Assembly (NCBI GenBank): GCA_963834385.1
Contig: CAWIBO010000005.1
Location: 256,001 to 320,000, forward strand
From: an uncultured Verrucomicrobiae bacterium
GTDB taxonomy: Bacteria; Verrucomicrobiota; Verrucomicrobiia; Chthoniobacterales; UBA10450
Length of the DNA: 64,000 nucleotides
Reading direction: 5' to 3'
The position numbers and the translations under genes were made by a program. Position 1 is the stretch's first letter. Each line of letters opens with the position of its first letter. The notes below the pieces were generated by a model. That model made no database searches. It was not told the origin of the DNA and saw only the letters and a program-made list of their open reading frames with translations. Shown piece by piece: positions 51,199-62,104 of the stretch.

Positions 51199-51675
51199 TC
51201 AGGTCGCCTGCGGGCTGATGCTCTCCCAGGCGCGCGCTGCGACGGGGTCGCGGCCTTCGTCGAACTCGATGTGGTCGATGAGCGTTTCGATCGGTTTGCC
51301 GGTGAGACCACTTTCCGCGATGCGCTGGGGAAGGACGTGGCTTCGTTCATCGCGCCAGCCGAGCTTGGCGATGAAACGGTTCCAGATGTGACATTCCTCG
51401 TCGGTCCGCGGGGTGCCGTGGGTGTGCGCCCACGCCAGGACAGCTTCGTCCGAATCGCCGGTGAGCGCGCGCTCGCGGATCGCAGCGTAGGTGACACCGA
51501 GGAAACGGCAGCAGCGGCCGTCGAGGGTGAAGGGGTGGGGTTCGCCGAGGAAATCCTGGTAATCAGCGGGCAGGCGCCCGGCGGCTTGCAGGCGGATCTT
51601 GTCGAGCATCCGCCCGAAATAGATCAGGCGCCCCACCTTCTCGTAACAACTGCGCAGTCCTGGAATGGCAGGCAT
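51199..51675 (-). CDS. DUF5069 domain protein
   Basis: LRSCYEKVG.LIYFGRMLDKIRL..C.FLGV..IEFDEGR. Confidence 0.8.
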   Translation of the reverse strand: MPAIPGLRSCYEKVGRLIYFGRMLDKIRLQAAGRLPADYQDFLGEPHPFTLDGRCCRFLGVTYAAIRERALTGDSDEAVLAWAHTHGTPRTDEECHIWNRFIAKLGWRDERSHVLPQRIAESGLTGKPIETLIDHIEFDEGRDPVAARAWESISPQAT

Positions 51676-51737
51676 CGGTAAAAATAGCGCGGCCAGCGGG
51701 TGGCGAAAAGCGGACAGAACGGCAGATCTCTGGAGAA

Positions 51738-52529
51738 TCAGTCAAGCAGCTCGACCGGGTCGCCTGCGCGGACCATTCCTTCCATGAGAACAGCGGCATA
51801 GACGCCCGCATTATTTTCATGCGATTGCGCGACCGTCTTCAGGAGGGCCGGCGTTTTCTCCGCGGTGTCGGGATGGATGGCGATCATCATGCACCGGCCA
51901 TCGCGGGCGAGCACGTGGATTACGACCTTCGGGCCGAGGCGCAGGTTGTGCCCGACAAAGCGGTCCTCGCCGAAACCCTCGCCGGACGCGAGGTCGAGAA
52001 GGACATTGGGGCGAAAGCGGCGCGGATCGACTTCCCCACCGGTTTCCTGTGCGAGCTGTTGCGCGGTCTGGAGGGAAAAGAGGGAGACAGGGCGGCAGTC
52101 GGTCAGCGCCTTGTCGGAACGCAGGAGGCGAAGCGGCGGGTTGTCCGGCAGTCCGGTTTGCAGGCTCTCGCGCAGGGCGGGATCGTCGATGGCCAACGTC
52201 CTTCCGTCGGGCGTCTCGACATCGAGCATCAGCTCCTCATGGGTGGCCGGGATCTGGTTAAGCATGTGCGAGCGCGCCTCCGCTTCCGCCTGGTTGGCCG
52301 GCCGGATTGATTTCTCCGGGTGCCGCCACCGGGGACGGTAACGGAGAATTTGCCGTTGATCGCGTCCGGTGAAGAAGGGAAACCCGCGATTGTTGGCCGG
52401 GCTCTCGAAGGCGTAAAGGCGGTCGCCATAAACACCGCCAAAGCCGACGAAGATTTCGTCCATCTCCTCGCCGCGCATGCTCTTGACCGGATAACGCCAG
52501 AGGCCTGCGACCGTGCCGACGACGCCCAT
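51738..52529 (-). CDS. MOSC domain protein
   Basis: LWRYPVKSMRGE, GDRLYA, RRFRPN, RCMM. Confidence 0.9.
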   Translation of the reverse strand: MGVVGTVAGLWRYPVKSMRGEEMDEIFVGFGGVYGDRLYAFESPANNRGFPFFTGRDQRQILRYRPRWRHPEKSIRPANQAEAEARSHMLNQIPATHEELMLDVETPDGRTLAIDDPALRESLQTGLPDNPPLRLLRSDKALTDCRPVSLFSLQTAQQLAQETGGEVDPRRFRPNVLLDLASGEGFGEDRFVGHNLRLGPKVVIHVLARDGRCMMIAIHPDTAEKTPALLKTVAQSHENNAGVYAAVLMEGMVRAGDPVELLD

Positions 52530-52590
52530 CTCCGAGAATTAAGGTCCCGGGGCTGTGATAAGCGAGGCTAATTGGAACACGGGCCGGCGA

Positions 52591-53322
52591 TCAGAAGTGC
52601 GCGCCGATGTATTCCCACATCTGGTGATGCCAGTAGGGCCACTCGTGTCCTCCCTGCGGGCCCCAGTCGTCGAGGTGATGGGCGATGCCGCGGTTCGCGA
52701 GCACGGAGGAGAAGTGGTAGGTCGGCCCGGGAACTTCCCAGGGGCCGCAGCCGGTGGCGAGATGAATGTCGCAGCTCGGATACTGATGGAGGAACCAGGG
52801 ATCGCTCATGTTCGCCATGTAATCGACCGGGTTGTTGAAATAGAAATTATCGTCATACATGCCGTCCATGGAATCGCGCATGTCGTAGACCCCGGAGAGT
52901 CCGTAGCAACGCTTCACGCGGTCGGGGTGCTTGCAGAGCGTGTTCGCGGCGTGGAAAGCGCCGAGCGAAGCGCCATAGGCGGTGATGGCGATGCCGGGCG
53001 TCTGGCAAAGGGAATCGATGAAGGGGAAGACTTCGTTGGCCACGTAGGCGTCGTATTGCGCCTGCATCCAGCTGCGATGGAAGGGGTGCGCCCCCTTGTT
53101 CTGGAAGGAGTCGTTGTTCACCCCGTTGATGGAAAAGATGCGGATGCGTCCCTGCTCGAGGTAGGGGCTGAGGGTGCCGATCATGCCCTGGCCTTCCTGT
53201 TCCCATTCGTCCCCCCCGCTGGTGGGAAAGGCGAGGATGGGCGGGCCGTAATTGCCGTAGACGGCGACGCCCATGTCGCGGCTGAGACGTTGCGAGTACC
53301 AGCGGTGATATTCACGGTGCAT
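52591..53322 (-). CDS. Alpha/beta hydrolase (esterase family)
   Basis: FPTSGG, GASLG nucleophile elbow, HEWPYW. Confidence 0.85.
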   Translation of the reverse strand: MHREYHRWYSQRLSRDMGVAVYGNYGPPILAFPTSGGDEWEQEGQGMIGTLSPYLEQGRIRIFSINGVNNDSFQNKGAHPFHRSWMQAQYDAYVANEVFPFIDSLCQTPGIAITAYGASLGAFHAANTLCKHPDRVKRCYGLSGVYDMRDSMDGMYDDNFYFNNPVDYMANMSDPWFLHQYPSCDIHLATGCGPWEVPGPTYHFSSVLANRGIAHHLDDWGPQGGHEWPYWHHQMWEYIGAHF

Positions 53323-53545
53323 GGGAGGGAGAGGTTACCGCGCGGAGACAGGGGCTCAAGCGCGGTTCACGACGAATTGCCGGCGGGCGACGGAGGGACG
53401 CGCTTCTGCGCGTCCGGGTTTTGGGCTGGGCGCGGGGGCAGGGCGGGGGAGGTGCGGAAGTTCGTCGCGGGTGAGCGGGCGTGGACATGCGGAAGCATGT
53501 CCCTCCGAAGTTGCGTGCGGGGAGGAGTGAGGGACCGTGGAAGCA

Positions 53546-53953
53546 ATGAGTTCTTTCACGCTCGAACCCATCGGCATCATTCGGTCCCGCGTTAAAACGC
53601 GCGAAGACGCGCCGCGGCAGGGGGCGGAGGGAGCGCCGGACGCGTGGCTCGAGATTGAACCGCGCTTTGCCGACGCGCTGCTCGGCCTGGAGCCCGGGAA
53701 CGAGCTGATCGTGATCACCTGGCTGCATGAGGCCAATCGCGAAGTGCTGCAGAATCATCCGCGGGGTGATGAAAGCCGGCCGCTCACCGGTGTTTTCTAC
53801 ACGCGTTCGCCGGCGCGACCGAACCCGCTGGGGCTGCATCCGGTGACGGTGAAGGAGATTGACGGGCGCCGGCTGAAGATCGGGCCGATCGAAGTGTTCG
53901 ACGGGACGCCGGTGGTGGACATCAAGTCCGCCTCGACCCGGGTGAAGAGCTAG
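53546..53953 (+). CDS. tsaA: tRNA (N6-threonylcarbamoyladenosine37-N6)-methyltransferase TrmO-like
   Basis: PIGIIRS, GVFYTRSPARPNPLGL, DGTPVVDIK. Confidence 0.85.
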   Translation: MSSFTLEPIGIIRSRVKTREDAPRQGAEGAPDAWLEIEPRFADALLGLEPGNELIVITWLHEANREVLQNHPRGDESRPLTGVFYTRSPARPNPLGLHPVTVKEIDGRRLKIGPIEVFDGTPVVDIKSASTRVKS

Positions 53954-53985
53954 TTGACGGAACGCCCGGGGAGCCAGGGCGACCC

Positions 53986-54015
53986 TTGACACGCAACCAA
54001 AAGGTTGCATATAAG
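53986..54015 (+). promoter_or_regulatory. Promoter with ArsR-type operator palindrome
   Basis: TTGACA, then GCAACC-AAAA-GGTTGC (53993-54008), then TATAAG before the GTG at 54020. Confidence 0.65.
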
Positions 54016-54019
54016 GGGA

Positions 54020-54343
54020 GTGGATGCCGTCTTCAAAGCGCTGGCCGATGCCAGCCGCCGGAAATTGCTGGATGCGTTGCGGCGGCAGAGCGGACAAACC
54101 CTGTTGCAGCTGTGCGCCCATCTGTCCATGACCCGGCAGGCCGTGACCAAACACCTCGCGCTGCTGGAGAAGGCGAACCTGGTCGCCACGGTCTGGCGCG
54201 GCCGCGAGAAGCGGCATTTTCTCAACCCAGTGCCGTTGCACGAGATCTCCGAGCGCTGGATTGCCAAATATGAACGTTCGCGCCTGCTGACGCTGAGCGA
54301 ACTCAAGCGAGGTCTCGAACAACCCAACCGACAGACACCATGA
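54020..54343 (+). CDS. ArsR/SmtB family transcriptional regulator
   Basis: VFKALADASRRKLL, MTRQAVTKHL, GREKRHFLNP. Confidence 0.9.
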   Translation: MDAVFKALADASRRKLLDALRRQSGQTLLQLCAHLSMTRQAVTKHLALLEKANLVATVWRGREKRHFLNPVPLHEISERWIAKYERSRLLTLSELKRGLEQPNRQTP

Positions 54344-54786
54344 AAAAAAGCAGCTTCAATTACGTCACCTACATTCGCACCACCTCGGCAAAGCTCTGGC
54401 AGGCCCTGATCGAGCCGGAATTCACCCGCCAGTTCTTTTTCGGGGTCGCCATCGAGTCCGACTGGAAGGCCGGCGCGAAATGGAAGTCCATTGGTGCGGA
54501 CGGGGAGGTAAAGGACAGCGGCGAGATCCTGGAGATTGATCCCCCGCGCCGGCTGGTCTTGAGCTGGCGTAACGAGTTCAAACCGGAGATGAAGGCGGAG
54601 GGGTATTCGACCATGACCTACGAACTCGAAGAGTCGGGTGAGGTGGTCAAGCTGACGGTGCGACACGAGATCGACCGGGAGGAATCAAAGCTGATCAAGG
54701 CTGTTTCCGGGGGCTGGCCGGCGATTCTGTCGAGCCTGAAGAGCCTGCTTGAAACCGGCCGGGCGCTGGAGGCGTCTGCCCCGTAG
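54340..54786 (+). CDS. SRPBCC/AHA1-like protein
   Basis: YVTYIRT, GEILEIDPPRRL, GWPAILSSLKSLLE. Confidence 0.9.
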   Translation: MKKSSFNYVTYIRTTSAKLWQALIEPEFTRQFFFGVAIESDWKAGAKWKSIGADGEVKDSGEILEIDPPRRLVLSWRNEFKPEMKAEGYSTMTYELEESGEVVKLTVRHEIDREESKLIKAVSGGWPAILSSLKSLLETGRALEASAP

Positions 54787-54811
54787 CCGGGGGAGCAGGG
54801 CCGCGACGTTC

Positions 54812-55120
54812 ATGGACGGGAAAAAGCCAAAACGGATCCAGCGCAGCCGGGCGAAAGGCTGGAAGATGCCGGCGAACGCGATTTATGTCGGGCGCCCGAC
54901 CGTCTGGGGCAATCCCTACGTGGTGGGGGCGAAGCTGATGAACGGGGAAACGCTCACGGCGGAGAAGGCGGTGGCCTTGTACGAGCAGCACCTGGCCGAG
55001 AACTTCAACGAACGCGACATTCGCCACTGTTTGCACGACAAGGACCTGGCCTGCTGGTGTCCGCTTGATCAGCCGTGTCACGCTGATCTCCTGTTGCGGA
55101 TCGCGAACTCGCGGCCGTGA
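54812..55120 (+). CDS. DUF4326 family protein
   Basis: YVGRPTVWGNPY, DLACWCP..CHADLL. Confidence 0.88.
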   Translation: MDGKKPKRIQRSRAKGWKMPANAIYVGRPTVWGNPYVVGAKLMNGETLTAEKAVALYEQHLAENFNERDIRHCLHDKDLACWCPLDQPCHADLLLRIANSRP

Positions 55121-55126
55121 CGGCGA

Positions 55127-56633
55127 TCAAGCAGCCGGTCGGGTGTTTGTCGGCCCGGCGGCAATGCGATCGAGGAGGACGCGAAGCTGGTCGATCGGGA
55201 CCGGCTTGACCAGATGGGCATCGAACCCGGCCTCCTTGGCGCGTTTCACGTCCTGGTCCATGCCGTAACCGCTCAGGGCGATGGCCGGAAGACCGGGATG
55301 CCGTGCGCGGATCAGCTGGAGGAGTTCAAAACCGCTCCGGTCCGGCAGTCCCAGGTCGCTGATGACGGCGTCGAACGGCCCGGCGGCCTCGAGCAATTCG
55401 AGCGCCTCGGCTCCGGTGCCGGCGCCATGGACCTGATTGCCGAAACGGGTCAGGATGCGGGTGAGCACCTCGCGGGTGGAATCGTGGTCTTCCACGAGGA
55501 GGAGCCGCAGTTCCCGAACTGAATGATGGGTTGGTGAAGCCTCGGTGGGCGCGGCGACCGGTGCGGGAATGGCCGGCAGCGTGACTGAAAAAGTGGCGCC
55601 GTGGCCCAGGCCCTGGCTTTCCGCGACGATCCGGCCGCCATGCATCTCGACGATGGCGCGGCTGATGGCGAGTCCGAGACCGAGGCCGCCGAAACTGCCG
55701 GTGGGCAGACTGCCCTGTTCAAAAGCCTGGAATATCTTCGGCAGCGCCTCCGGGGCGATTCCGGTGCCGGTATCGGTGACGCGCACGACCACGTTTCCCT
55801 CGTGATTGCCGGTGACGACCCTGACCTCGCCTCCTGAAGGAGTGAACTTCACGCCGTTCTTGATCACGTTCCAAAAGACCTGCTGAAGGCGGGCGGAGTC
55901 GCCCGAGACCCAGGGTCCCGACGCGTTCTTCTCGAACACGATGGCGACGCGCTTGCTCGTGCCCACGCTGCGGACGATCTCCTCGGTTTCGCCGAGCAGC
56001 TTGTGCAGGTTTACCGGCATGCGGACGAGGGTGAACTTTCCGTGCCGAATGCGTGAGTGGTCGAGCAGATCGTCGATCAACCGGGCCTCGAGTTCGGCAT
56101 TGCGGCGGATAATGGCGGCCTGTTCGCGCACGTCGGCGGGCAGGGCCGCATCGAGTTCCATCGAGGTCGACATCATGAGCACCGGGCTGAGGGGCGTGCG
56201 CAGCTCGTGGCTGAGCGCGGCAAGGAATTCGTCCTTGGCCTTGTTCGCCCGCTCGGCGGTTTTTTTGGCCGTGAGCAATTCCGACTCGAAATGGCTGCGC
56301 TGACGCATCCGGACGAAGATGCAGTCCGTCTCCCAGCGACCGTTGCGGTCGTGCCGGCGGGCATTGACGAGAAAGGGGAGTTCCTCACCGTTCCCGGTGC
56401 GGAGGGAAAGATAAACTTCCTCGACCTCGCCCTGCAGTTTCAGCAGCGGAAAAAAGTGTGTTTGATAGAAAACGCGGCCGCCGGGGGAGAAAAGCTTCTG
56501 CAGATGCTGCCCGACGAGCGCCTCCGCCGGGTGTCCCGACGAGGGAACAGAGCGTCGCGTTGACCCCGACGATGTGCCCGTCATCAGTGAAGGTGAGGAC
56601 GCCGCACGGGACGGTGTCGAGGGAGAGATCCAT
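55127..56633 (-). CDS. PAS-histidine kinase-receiver hybrid sensor (frameshift near 56540)
   Basis: LDTVPCGVL PAS start in ORF 56385-56633; LSHELRTPL, NGVKFT, GLGLGL, VEDH..SDLGLPD..KP. Confidence 0.9.
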
Positions 56634-57462
56634 TCACACGGCCGCCACCGTGCCGGCGAGCGGGCGCACCCAGGTAGTCTTTGATCAACCGGATGGTTTC
56701 CTCCGGATGACTCATGTGCGGGCAATGCCCGGTCGCGTCCATCACCTTGAGCGAGCTGCCGGGAATCTGGCGGTGGGTGAACTCACCGACCTCGGTCGGG
56801 GCGATGGCGTCCTCGGAACACTGCAGGACAAGGGTGGGAATGCGGACCTTGGAGAGGTCATCGCGGTTATCGGCAAAGAAGGTGGCCTCGGCAAACTGCC
56901 GGGCGATCTCGGGATCAGTCGAGCAAAAGCTGGCTTCCAGCTCCTTTGTCAGCTCCGGCCGTTCGGGATTTTTCATGATCACCGGGGTGAGGAAGCTGGC
57001 CCAGCCAAGGTAGTTCCGCTCCATGGTGTCGAGCAGGCTCTCGATATCGGCGCGACCGAAACCGCCGACGTAGTCCGTGTCGTTGATATAGCGCGGGGAA
57101 GGTCCGATCAGGACCAGCTGGGCGAAACGTTCCGGCTCCCTGTTGGCGGCGAGGATGCCCACCATGCTGCTGACGGAATGGCCAACGAAGATGACCTCGT
57201 GCAGGTCGAGCTCGTGACAAATTTCCAGAACGTCACGCGCGTAGCCGTCGAGCGTGGCATAACGCTGCCGATCGTAGGCGGACCAGTCCGACTTTCCGGA
57301 GCCAACGTAATCAAAAAGAACGACGCGGTAATCCTCCTCGAAGGCCGGGGCAACGAATCGCCACATCGTCTGGTCACAGCCAAACCCGTGCGCGAAGAGG
57401 ATGGGCTGCGCTCCGCGGCCGGAGATTGTGACGTTGTTCCGTGCGCTGATGGTTCCCGCCAT
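56584..57462 (-). CDS. RsbQ/KAI2-like alpha/beta hydrolase (true stop probably ~56634 after an indel)
   Basis: RNNV, AHGFGCDQTMW, GHSVS, GPSPRYIND, GHCPHMSHP. Confidence 0.9.
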   Translation of the reverse strand: MAGTISARNNVTISGRGAQPILFAHGFGCDQTMWRFVAPAFEEDYRVVLFDYVGSGKSDWSAYDRQRYATLDGYARDVLEICHELDLHEVIFVGHSVSSMVGILAANREPERFAQLVLIGPSPRYINDTDYVGGFGRADIESLLDTMERNYLGWASFLTPVIMKNPERPELTKELEASFCSTDPEIARQFAEATFFADNRDDLSKVRIPTLVLQCSEDAIAPTEVGEFTHRQIPGSSLKVMDATGHCPHMSHPEETIRLIKDYLGAPARRHGGGRVNGSLPRHRPVRRPHLH

Positions 57463-57558
57463 CCTCCGAACCTACTGGCTCTTTTGGGAGCGAACAAGAT
57501 TGATGGCGCGCGGTATTCGCACGGTGCGGACAGGACTGCCGGCGGCAGAGCGGCTGGG

Positions 57559-58278
57559 TCAGCGCAGCCTGTCGGCGGGGAAGACCGCGTTCTTCTCGCG
57601 GAAAAGGATGCGCTGCTGGCGCCGGCGAAGGGCGGGGCCAGGGCGGGCCGGGTTCCACCCTTTGGGGTTGGGCAGAACGGCGGCCAGGAGCGCGGATTGC
57701 TCGCGGGTGAGGCCGCGCGCGCTGACGCCGAAGTAATGCCGGGCGGCGGCTTCCACGCCATAGATGCCGGGGCCGGTCTCGATGACGTTGACGTACAGCT
57801 CGAGGATCCGTCGTTTCGGGAGGAGCAGTTCCATCCAGAGCGTGTAATAGGATTCGAGCCCTTTCCTGATCCAGGAGCGGCCCTGCCAGAGGAAAAGGGA
57901 GCGGGCGCACTGGTTCGTGATCGTGGAAATGCCGCGCACCGGCCGGCCGGTGCGTTCCGCCTTGTCCACCGCGCGATCGATCTCTTTCCAGTCAAAACCG
58001 TGGTGTTGGAAAAAGCGCTGATCTTCCGAGATCCAGAGATGCTTGAGAAAGAGAGGGGAGACCGCGGGAAGCTCGACCCAATCGTGGCGGAGAGGGGGAC
58101 GCGGGCCGGGCCGGAAAAGTGCGCCGGCCTGCTCGAGCAGCATGGGCATGGTGCGCGGCGGATCAACGAATCGAAGGAAGAGCACCTGGAAACCCGGGAG
58201 GAGGAGCAGCGCGGCCAGGACAGAAAGTATTGTCCGGGTCCATCGGGTGCCGCGTCGGCCTTTTCGTTTTTGAGCCAT
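57559..58278 (-). CDS. mtgA: Monofunctional biosynthetic peptidoglycan transglycosylase
   Basis: SEDQRFFQHHGFD, GISTITNQ, RKGLE, KRRILELYVN. Confidence 0.92.
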   Translation of the reverse strand: MAQKRKGRRGTRWTRTILSVLAALLLLPGFQVLFLRFVDPPRTMPMLLEQAGALFRPGPRPPLRHDWVELPAVSPLFLKHLWISEDQRFFQHHGFDWKEIDRAVDKAERTGRPVRGISTITNQCARSLFLWQGRSWIRKGLESYYTLWMELLLPKRRILELYVNVIETGPGIYGVEAAARHYFGVSARGLTREQSALLAAVLPNPKGWNPARPGPALRRRQQRILFREKNAVFPADRLR

Positions 58279-58291
58279 CGCGGAACCGGGA

Positions 58292-58906
58292 TCAAACGGA
58301 TGCGCGCCGGGGGGCGGCCTTCGCGCGCGACCCTGACTTCCTGGAAGGCCGGGCCAGAACGGCGTGACGGGGACAGGTCACGAGGTGGTCGTTGACCATG
58401 CCGGAAGCCTGCATGAAGGCGTAGCAGATGGTGGAGCCGACGAATTTGAATCCGCGCTGCAACAGTTCGCGGCTCATGGCATCCGACTCGGGGGTGCGCG
58501 CCGGCACCTGCGTCATCCGGCGCCAGCGGTTCTGGCGCGGCTGACCGCCGACCAAACGCCAGAGAAAGGCGTCGAAGCTGCCGGACTCCTGCTGCACCGC
58601 GAGGAAAGCGCGAGCGTTACCGATGGCGGCGGCGATTTTGAGCCGGTTGCGCACGATGCCCGGATCGTTGAGCAGCCGTTTGACGTCGCGCGCTCCATAA
58701 CGCGCGATCTTCTCCGCGTCGAAGCCATGAAAGGCTTTGCGGTAGTTCTCCCGTTTCTTCAGGATGGTGGTCCAGCTCAGGCCGGCCTGCGCACCTTCCA
58801 GGATGAGAAGCTCGAACAGCTTTTGGTCGTCATGGAGCGGCACGCCCCATTCCCGATCATGATAGGTGGTGTTAGGCTCGGACGCGGCCCATGGACAACG
58901 TGACAT
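58292..58906 (-). CDS. tag: DNA-3-methyladenine glycosylase I
   Basis: RCPW, YHDREWG, LEGAQAGLSW, GFKFVG, NDHLVTC. Confidence 0.95.
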   Translation of the reverse strand: MSRCPWAASEPNTTYHDREWGVPLHDDQKLFELLILEGAQAGLSWTTILKKRENYRKAFHGFDAEKIARYGARDVKRLLNDPGIVRNRLKIAAAIGNARAFLAVQQESGSFDAFLWRLVGGQPRQNRWRRMTQVPARTPESDAMSRELLQRGFKFVGSTICYAFMQASGMVNDHLVTCPRHAVLARPSRKSGSRAKAAPRRASV

Positions 58907-59376
58907 TTCCGAGAAGACTTTGGAGAAAGAGGAGGGGCCTGTCCATCCTCGCGGCCGGCCTCGTGGGATTGATCCTGACCGGTTGCGGCGCGACGGAACG
59001 GGCCGAAGCGATCGTGCTGGAAAAGGAGGCGATTGCCGCGGCGGCGGAGAAGAGCGATGCCCCGTCACCTTCTCCGACGGGCACGGTCACCACGGTTCCG
59101 GAAGGCGAGTCGCTTCGGGAGATGAAGGAAGGCGAGATCGAGGTCGATGGCTACGTGATGGAGCCGGCGGTGCGTGGGACCGCTCGTGATCCCCGGGCGT
59201 TGAGCGGTCCGCAGTGGCTGGTCAAGGTCCGTCTGGTTGCCGATGGCCGAATGTTCAACGTGCCGGCGACCGAGGCGCAGTTCGAGAAGGTCAAGCCGGG
59301 GGACCGGATCTGGATTTCCTATCGGCGCGGGAAGTATAGCGGAACGGTCTGGGCCGCCTCGATCGAGGAGAAGTAG
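58891..59376 (+). CDS. Hypothetical lipoprotein; start uncertain
   Basis: Lipobox LILTGC; C-terminal beta-rich segment. Confidence 0.65.
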   Translation: MDNVTFPRRLWRKRRGLSILAAGLVGLILTGCGATERAEAIVLEKEAIAAAAEKSDAPSPSPTGTVTTVPEGESLREMKEGEIEVDGYVMEPAVRGTARDPRALSGPQWLVKVRLVADGRMFNVPATEAQFEKVKPGDRIWISYRRGKYSGTVWAASIEEK

Positions 59377-59410
59377 CGCGGCGCATCTGGGCACAGGCGG
59401 GACGAAAGGC

Positions 59411-59779
59411 CTAAAGCACGGCGATGGCGAGACAGAGAAGGAGAATGGCGGATGCGGGAAGCATTTTCCGAATCGGATCGCGCACCTTGAGGTGCATGGC
59501 CAGGGCTCCCAGCATGAGAAGGCCGAGGCCAAGCGCGAGAGGCGCTGCCAGGACCGGAATCCAAATGGCGGCCAGGAGGCCGAGGGCCAGCGTGACTTTC
59601 ATGATCCCGACCACGACCATGAACCAAAGCGGCAGGCCGTAGGCCGCGAATTCCTCGGGGAGAGAATCGGCGCCGGCGCCGCGGTAGGGAGTCTTCCGGG
59701 CGGGTCGGAACAGCCAGACGCTGAGGATGGCGATGGCCACGATCAGTTGCAGAGCGTTACGCACGATTTCCATGGGCAT
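59411..59779 (-). CDS. DoxX-like family membrane protein
   Basis: EEFAAYGLP, LMLGALAMHLKVRDP. Confidence 0.85.
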   Translation of the reverse strand: MPMEIVRNALQLIVAIAILSVWLFRPARKTPYRGAGADSLPEEFAAYGLPLWFMVVVGIMKVTLALGLLAAIWIPVLAAPLALGLGLLMLGALAMHLKVRDPIRKMLPASAILLLCLAIAVL

Positions 59780-59860
59780 CCTACCCGGCCGTGGCGCCGG
59801 CCGGTCGGTAGCTGAGAATGACCGGCGCGATCCGCGACGGCAAGCGGAACTTGAGCCTGA

Positions 59861-60684
59861 CTATGCCTTATTATCCGGCACGGACGCGATCGCGCTGGCG
59901 GCGGCGACATTGATCAGAGCCAGAGCTTCCTTGCCTCTCACGGTGAGGTCGCTGGTGAATTGAAACTGATCACGCGCATCAATGGGATAGGCCTTTAACT
60001 GGTAGTGCGTGGCCCAGGGCTTCTCCGCCACAATCACCAGGATAGGCCGGGCGAGTTGGAGATAGGCGCTGGTCAGCGCCACGTCGCGCAAGGTCCGGCG
60101 AACCAGGTTGGCGTCGTGCTGGGGGGCGAGGTAGAAGTCGGCGATGCACTGGAGGGTGGGAGCGCCGTCGTTCGAGTTATAGATGTTGGTGTCCCAAAGC
60201 TTGAGATGCGGAATGGTCACCACATCGTCGTCCGGCGTGACAATGCGGTAGGAACGGAGGCCGACTGAGGTTACCTCGCCGTAGGCGCGTCATCCACTTT
60301 CACCCAGTCGCCGGGCCGGTAGGGCCGCTCGGTGACGGCGACGATGCCGGCGATGAGGCTGCTGACATAATCCTTGAAGGCAAAACCGATGGCCACGCCA
60401 GCGGCGCCGAAGATGGCGAAAAGATTCTGCATCGTCGGATTGATGACCAGCGGGACGATGAGAACGACCGCGAGCAGGAGAAGGACCAGCCGCAGGATGG
60501 GGACCGCGCCGAGGACGAAGAATCGCAGGCGATTGGGGCTGCGGTCCGCCACCAGGGGGAAGAGGCGGCGGATGATGGCAATCGTCGCCCAGGTCCCGAG
60601 GAGGATGAGGAAGATGTTGAAGAATCCGATTTCCTTGAAATCGAGAAACAGTTTCGCGGCTTTTTCCTGGGTGCTGGTGTCCAT
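59861..60684 (-). CDS. MscS-family mechanosensitive channel (frameshift near 60286)
   Basis: AIGFAFKDYVSSLIAG, RPYRPGDWV; continues in ORF 59861-60223. Confidence 0.85.
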
Positions 60685-60686
60685 TG

Positions 60687-61889
60687 TCAGAGGCGGTCCA
60701 GGGGATAGCCATGATGCGAAAGGGCGTCGCGGACGGCGGGATAGGCCACCGGCGTGACCCCCCAGCGATCTCCGTCCTCACGGAGAAGGTTTTCCGCGGC
60801 CAAGGCGACGGACAATGTGGGCCGTGTGGATCGGGGGAAGCACCTGGCGCAGGTCGGGCAGGGTCAGATCGCCGTGGATGAGAAGCGCGTGAAAAACAAG
60901 GAGAGCGGCGGAACGCACATCCTTGGGAAGGTCCGGCAGGCCGACCTCCGCGATCGGGTCGATCCAGACCGTTTCGCGCGCGTTCCCTGGCCGGCGAATC
61001 TTCCCTGGCCTTGTCATCAGGCGCCACGCGCATCGTGCTGCGAAAGATATGCCACGCGAGGAAAGGGTTTCCGCGGCTGACCCCGGCCAGCCGTTTAAGA
61101 AAACTGCCGGCACCATTGCGGGTTGCCTGTTCTCTCGCGCCGGAGCAACACCGGGCCGGGTCAAAGAGCATCGGCGCCGGTCGCGTCACTCCGGAAGATG
61201 AGATGTCCGGACCGTTTTGACTCCGCGAGGTCGCTGAGCCAGAGGCAGAGGGCTTCGTGATCGAACGGGGCCAGGGTGAACGGATCGGGCATTTCCACGG
61301 CAGCCTCTGCGGCCTTGCAAAGGTAGGTCCAGGCCCAGCTACTCGACGCCGATGACGCAACGGCGCCGGGAACGGCTCAAGTTCGCGATCAGCGCCCGGA
61401 CCAGACCAAGGCCGCGGTGATGGCGGCGGAACCAGCGCTCAAGCCGGGGAACGACCAGGATCTGGTCGCCGTCAAAGGAGGGAAGAGCTTCCGGTGCACC
61501 GGCGAAAATTGAGTCCGCGGAGGGCTCGTCCGCGATTTCGTAGCCGCGTCGCTCGGCCCAGTGCCGCAGAGCTTAAAGTCGCCGGGAGGGGGAAGAACAA
61601 GGACGATGAGACCGTTCGGACCCGGGCCGGCCTCGATCGCGTCATCGACGGCCAAGAAAAAATCGTCAAGGAGAGGCGTGGGAGCGGCCCGCTCCAGCAC
61701 GGCGGCGGGAGCGGTCCGGAGATCGCCGTGTGCTTCTGCCGCTTCGCGCCGGCGCGAAGGCTGCAGGCGATGCAGGGCCTCCACGAATTTCTTGCGAAGC
61801 GTCTCTTTCGTCGGAGTCGAGGGTGCATTGAAATCCGCGAGCGGCTCGAAGCGCCAAATCGCCTTGGTTTTCTCAGGGCCGGTCGCCAT
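60687..61889 (-). CDS. Conserved hypothetical protein upstream of mscS, several frameshifts
   Basis: Protein-like segments across frames (IWRFEPLADF, VVPRLERWFRRH, WAWTYL, VTPVAYPAVR); stop TGA at 60687-60689. Confidence 0.55.
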
Positions 61890-62104
61890 GCTGCAGTTAA
61901 TCAGGTTCGACGCCTGGCCGTCACGCAGCCATCTTCGATTCCTCGCCACCTCGGATCGAATCTGGCGGACGCACTCAAAGGGGTTCCTTGCCGGGGAAGA
62001 TTCATCGGCACCCGCCGGCCTTTTTCCCACGCACGCGCTCACCGGTGCGGATCCTGCAGAGGGCGTGCGGTAAGGAGGCCAAGGGAGCGGGTCGAAGCCG
62101 CCGC

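Noticed and set aside
58891..58906. Head-to-head overlap of tag and the lipoprotein gene as a regulatory design
   Set aside because: The lipoprotein start is uncertain and a later start would remove the overlap.
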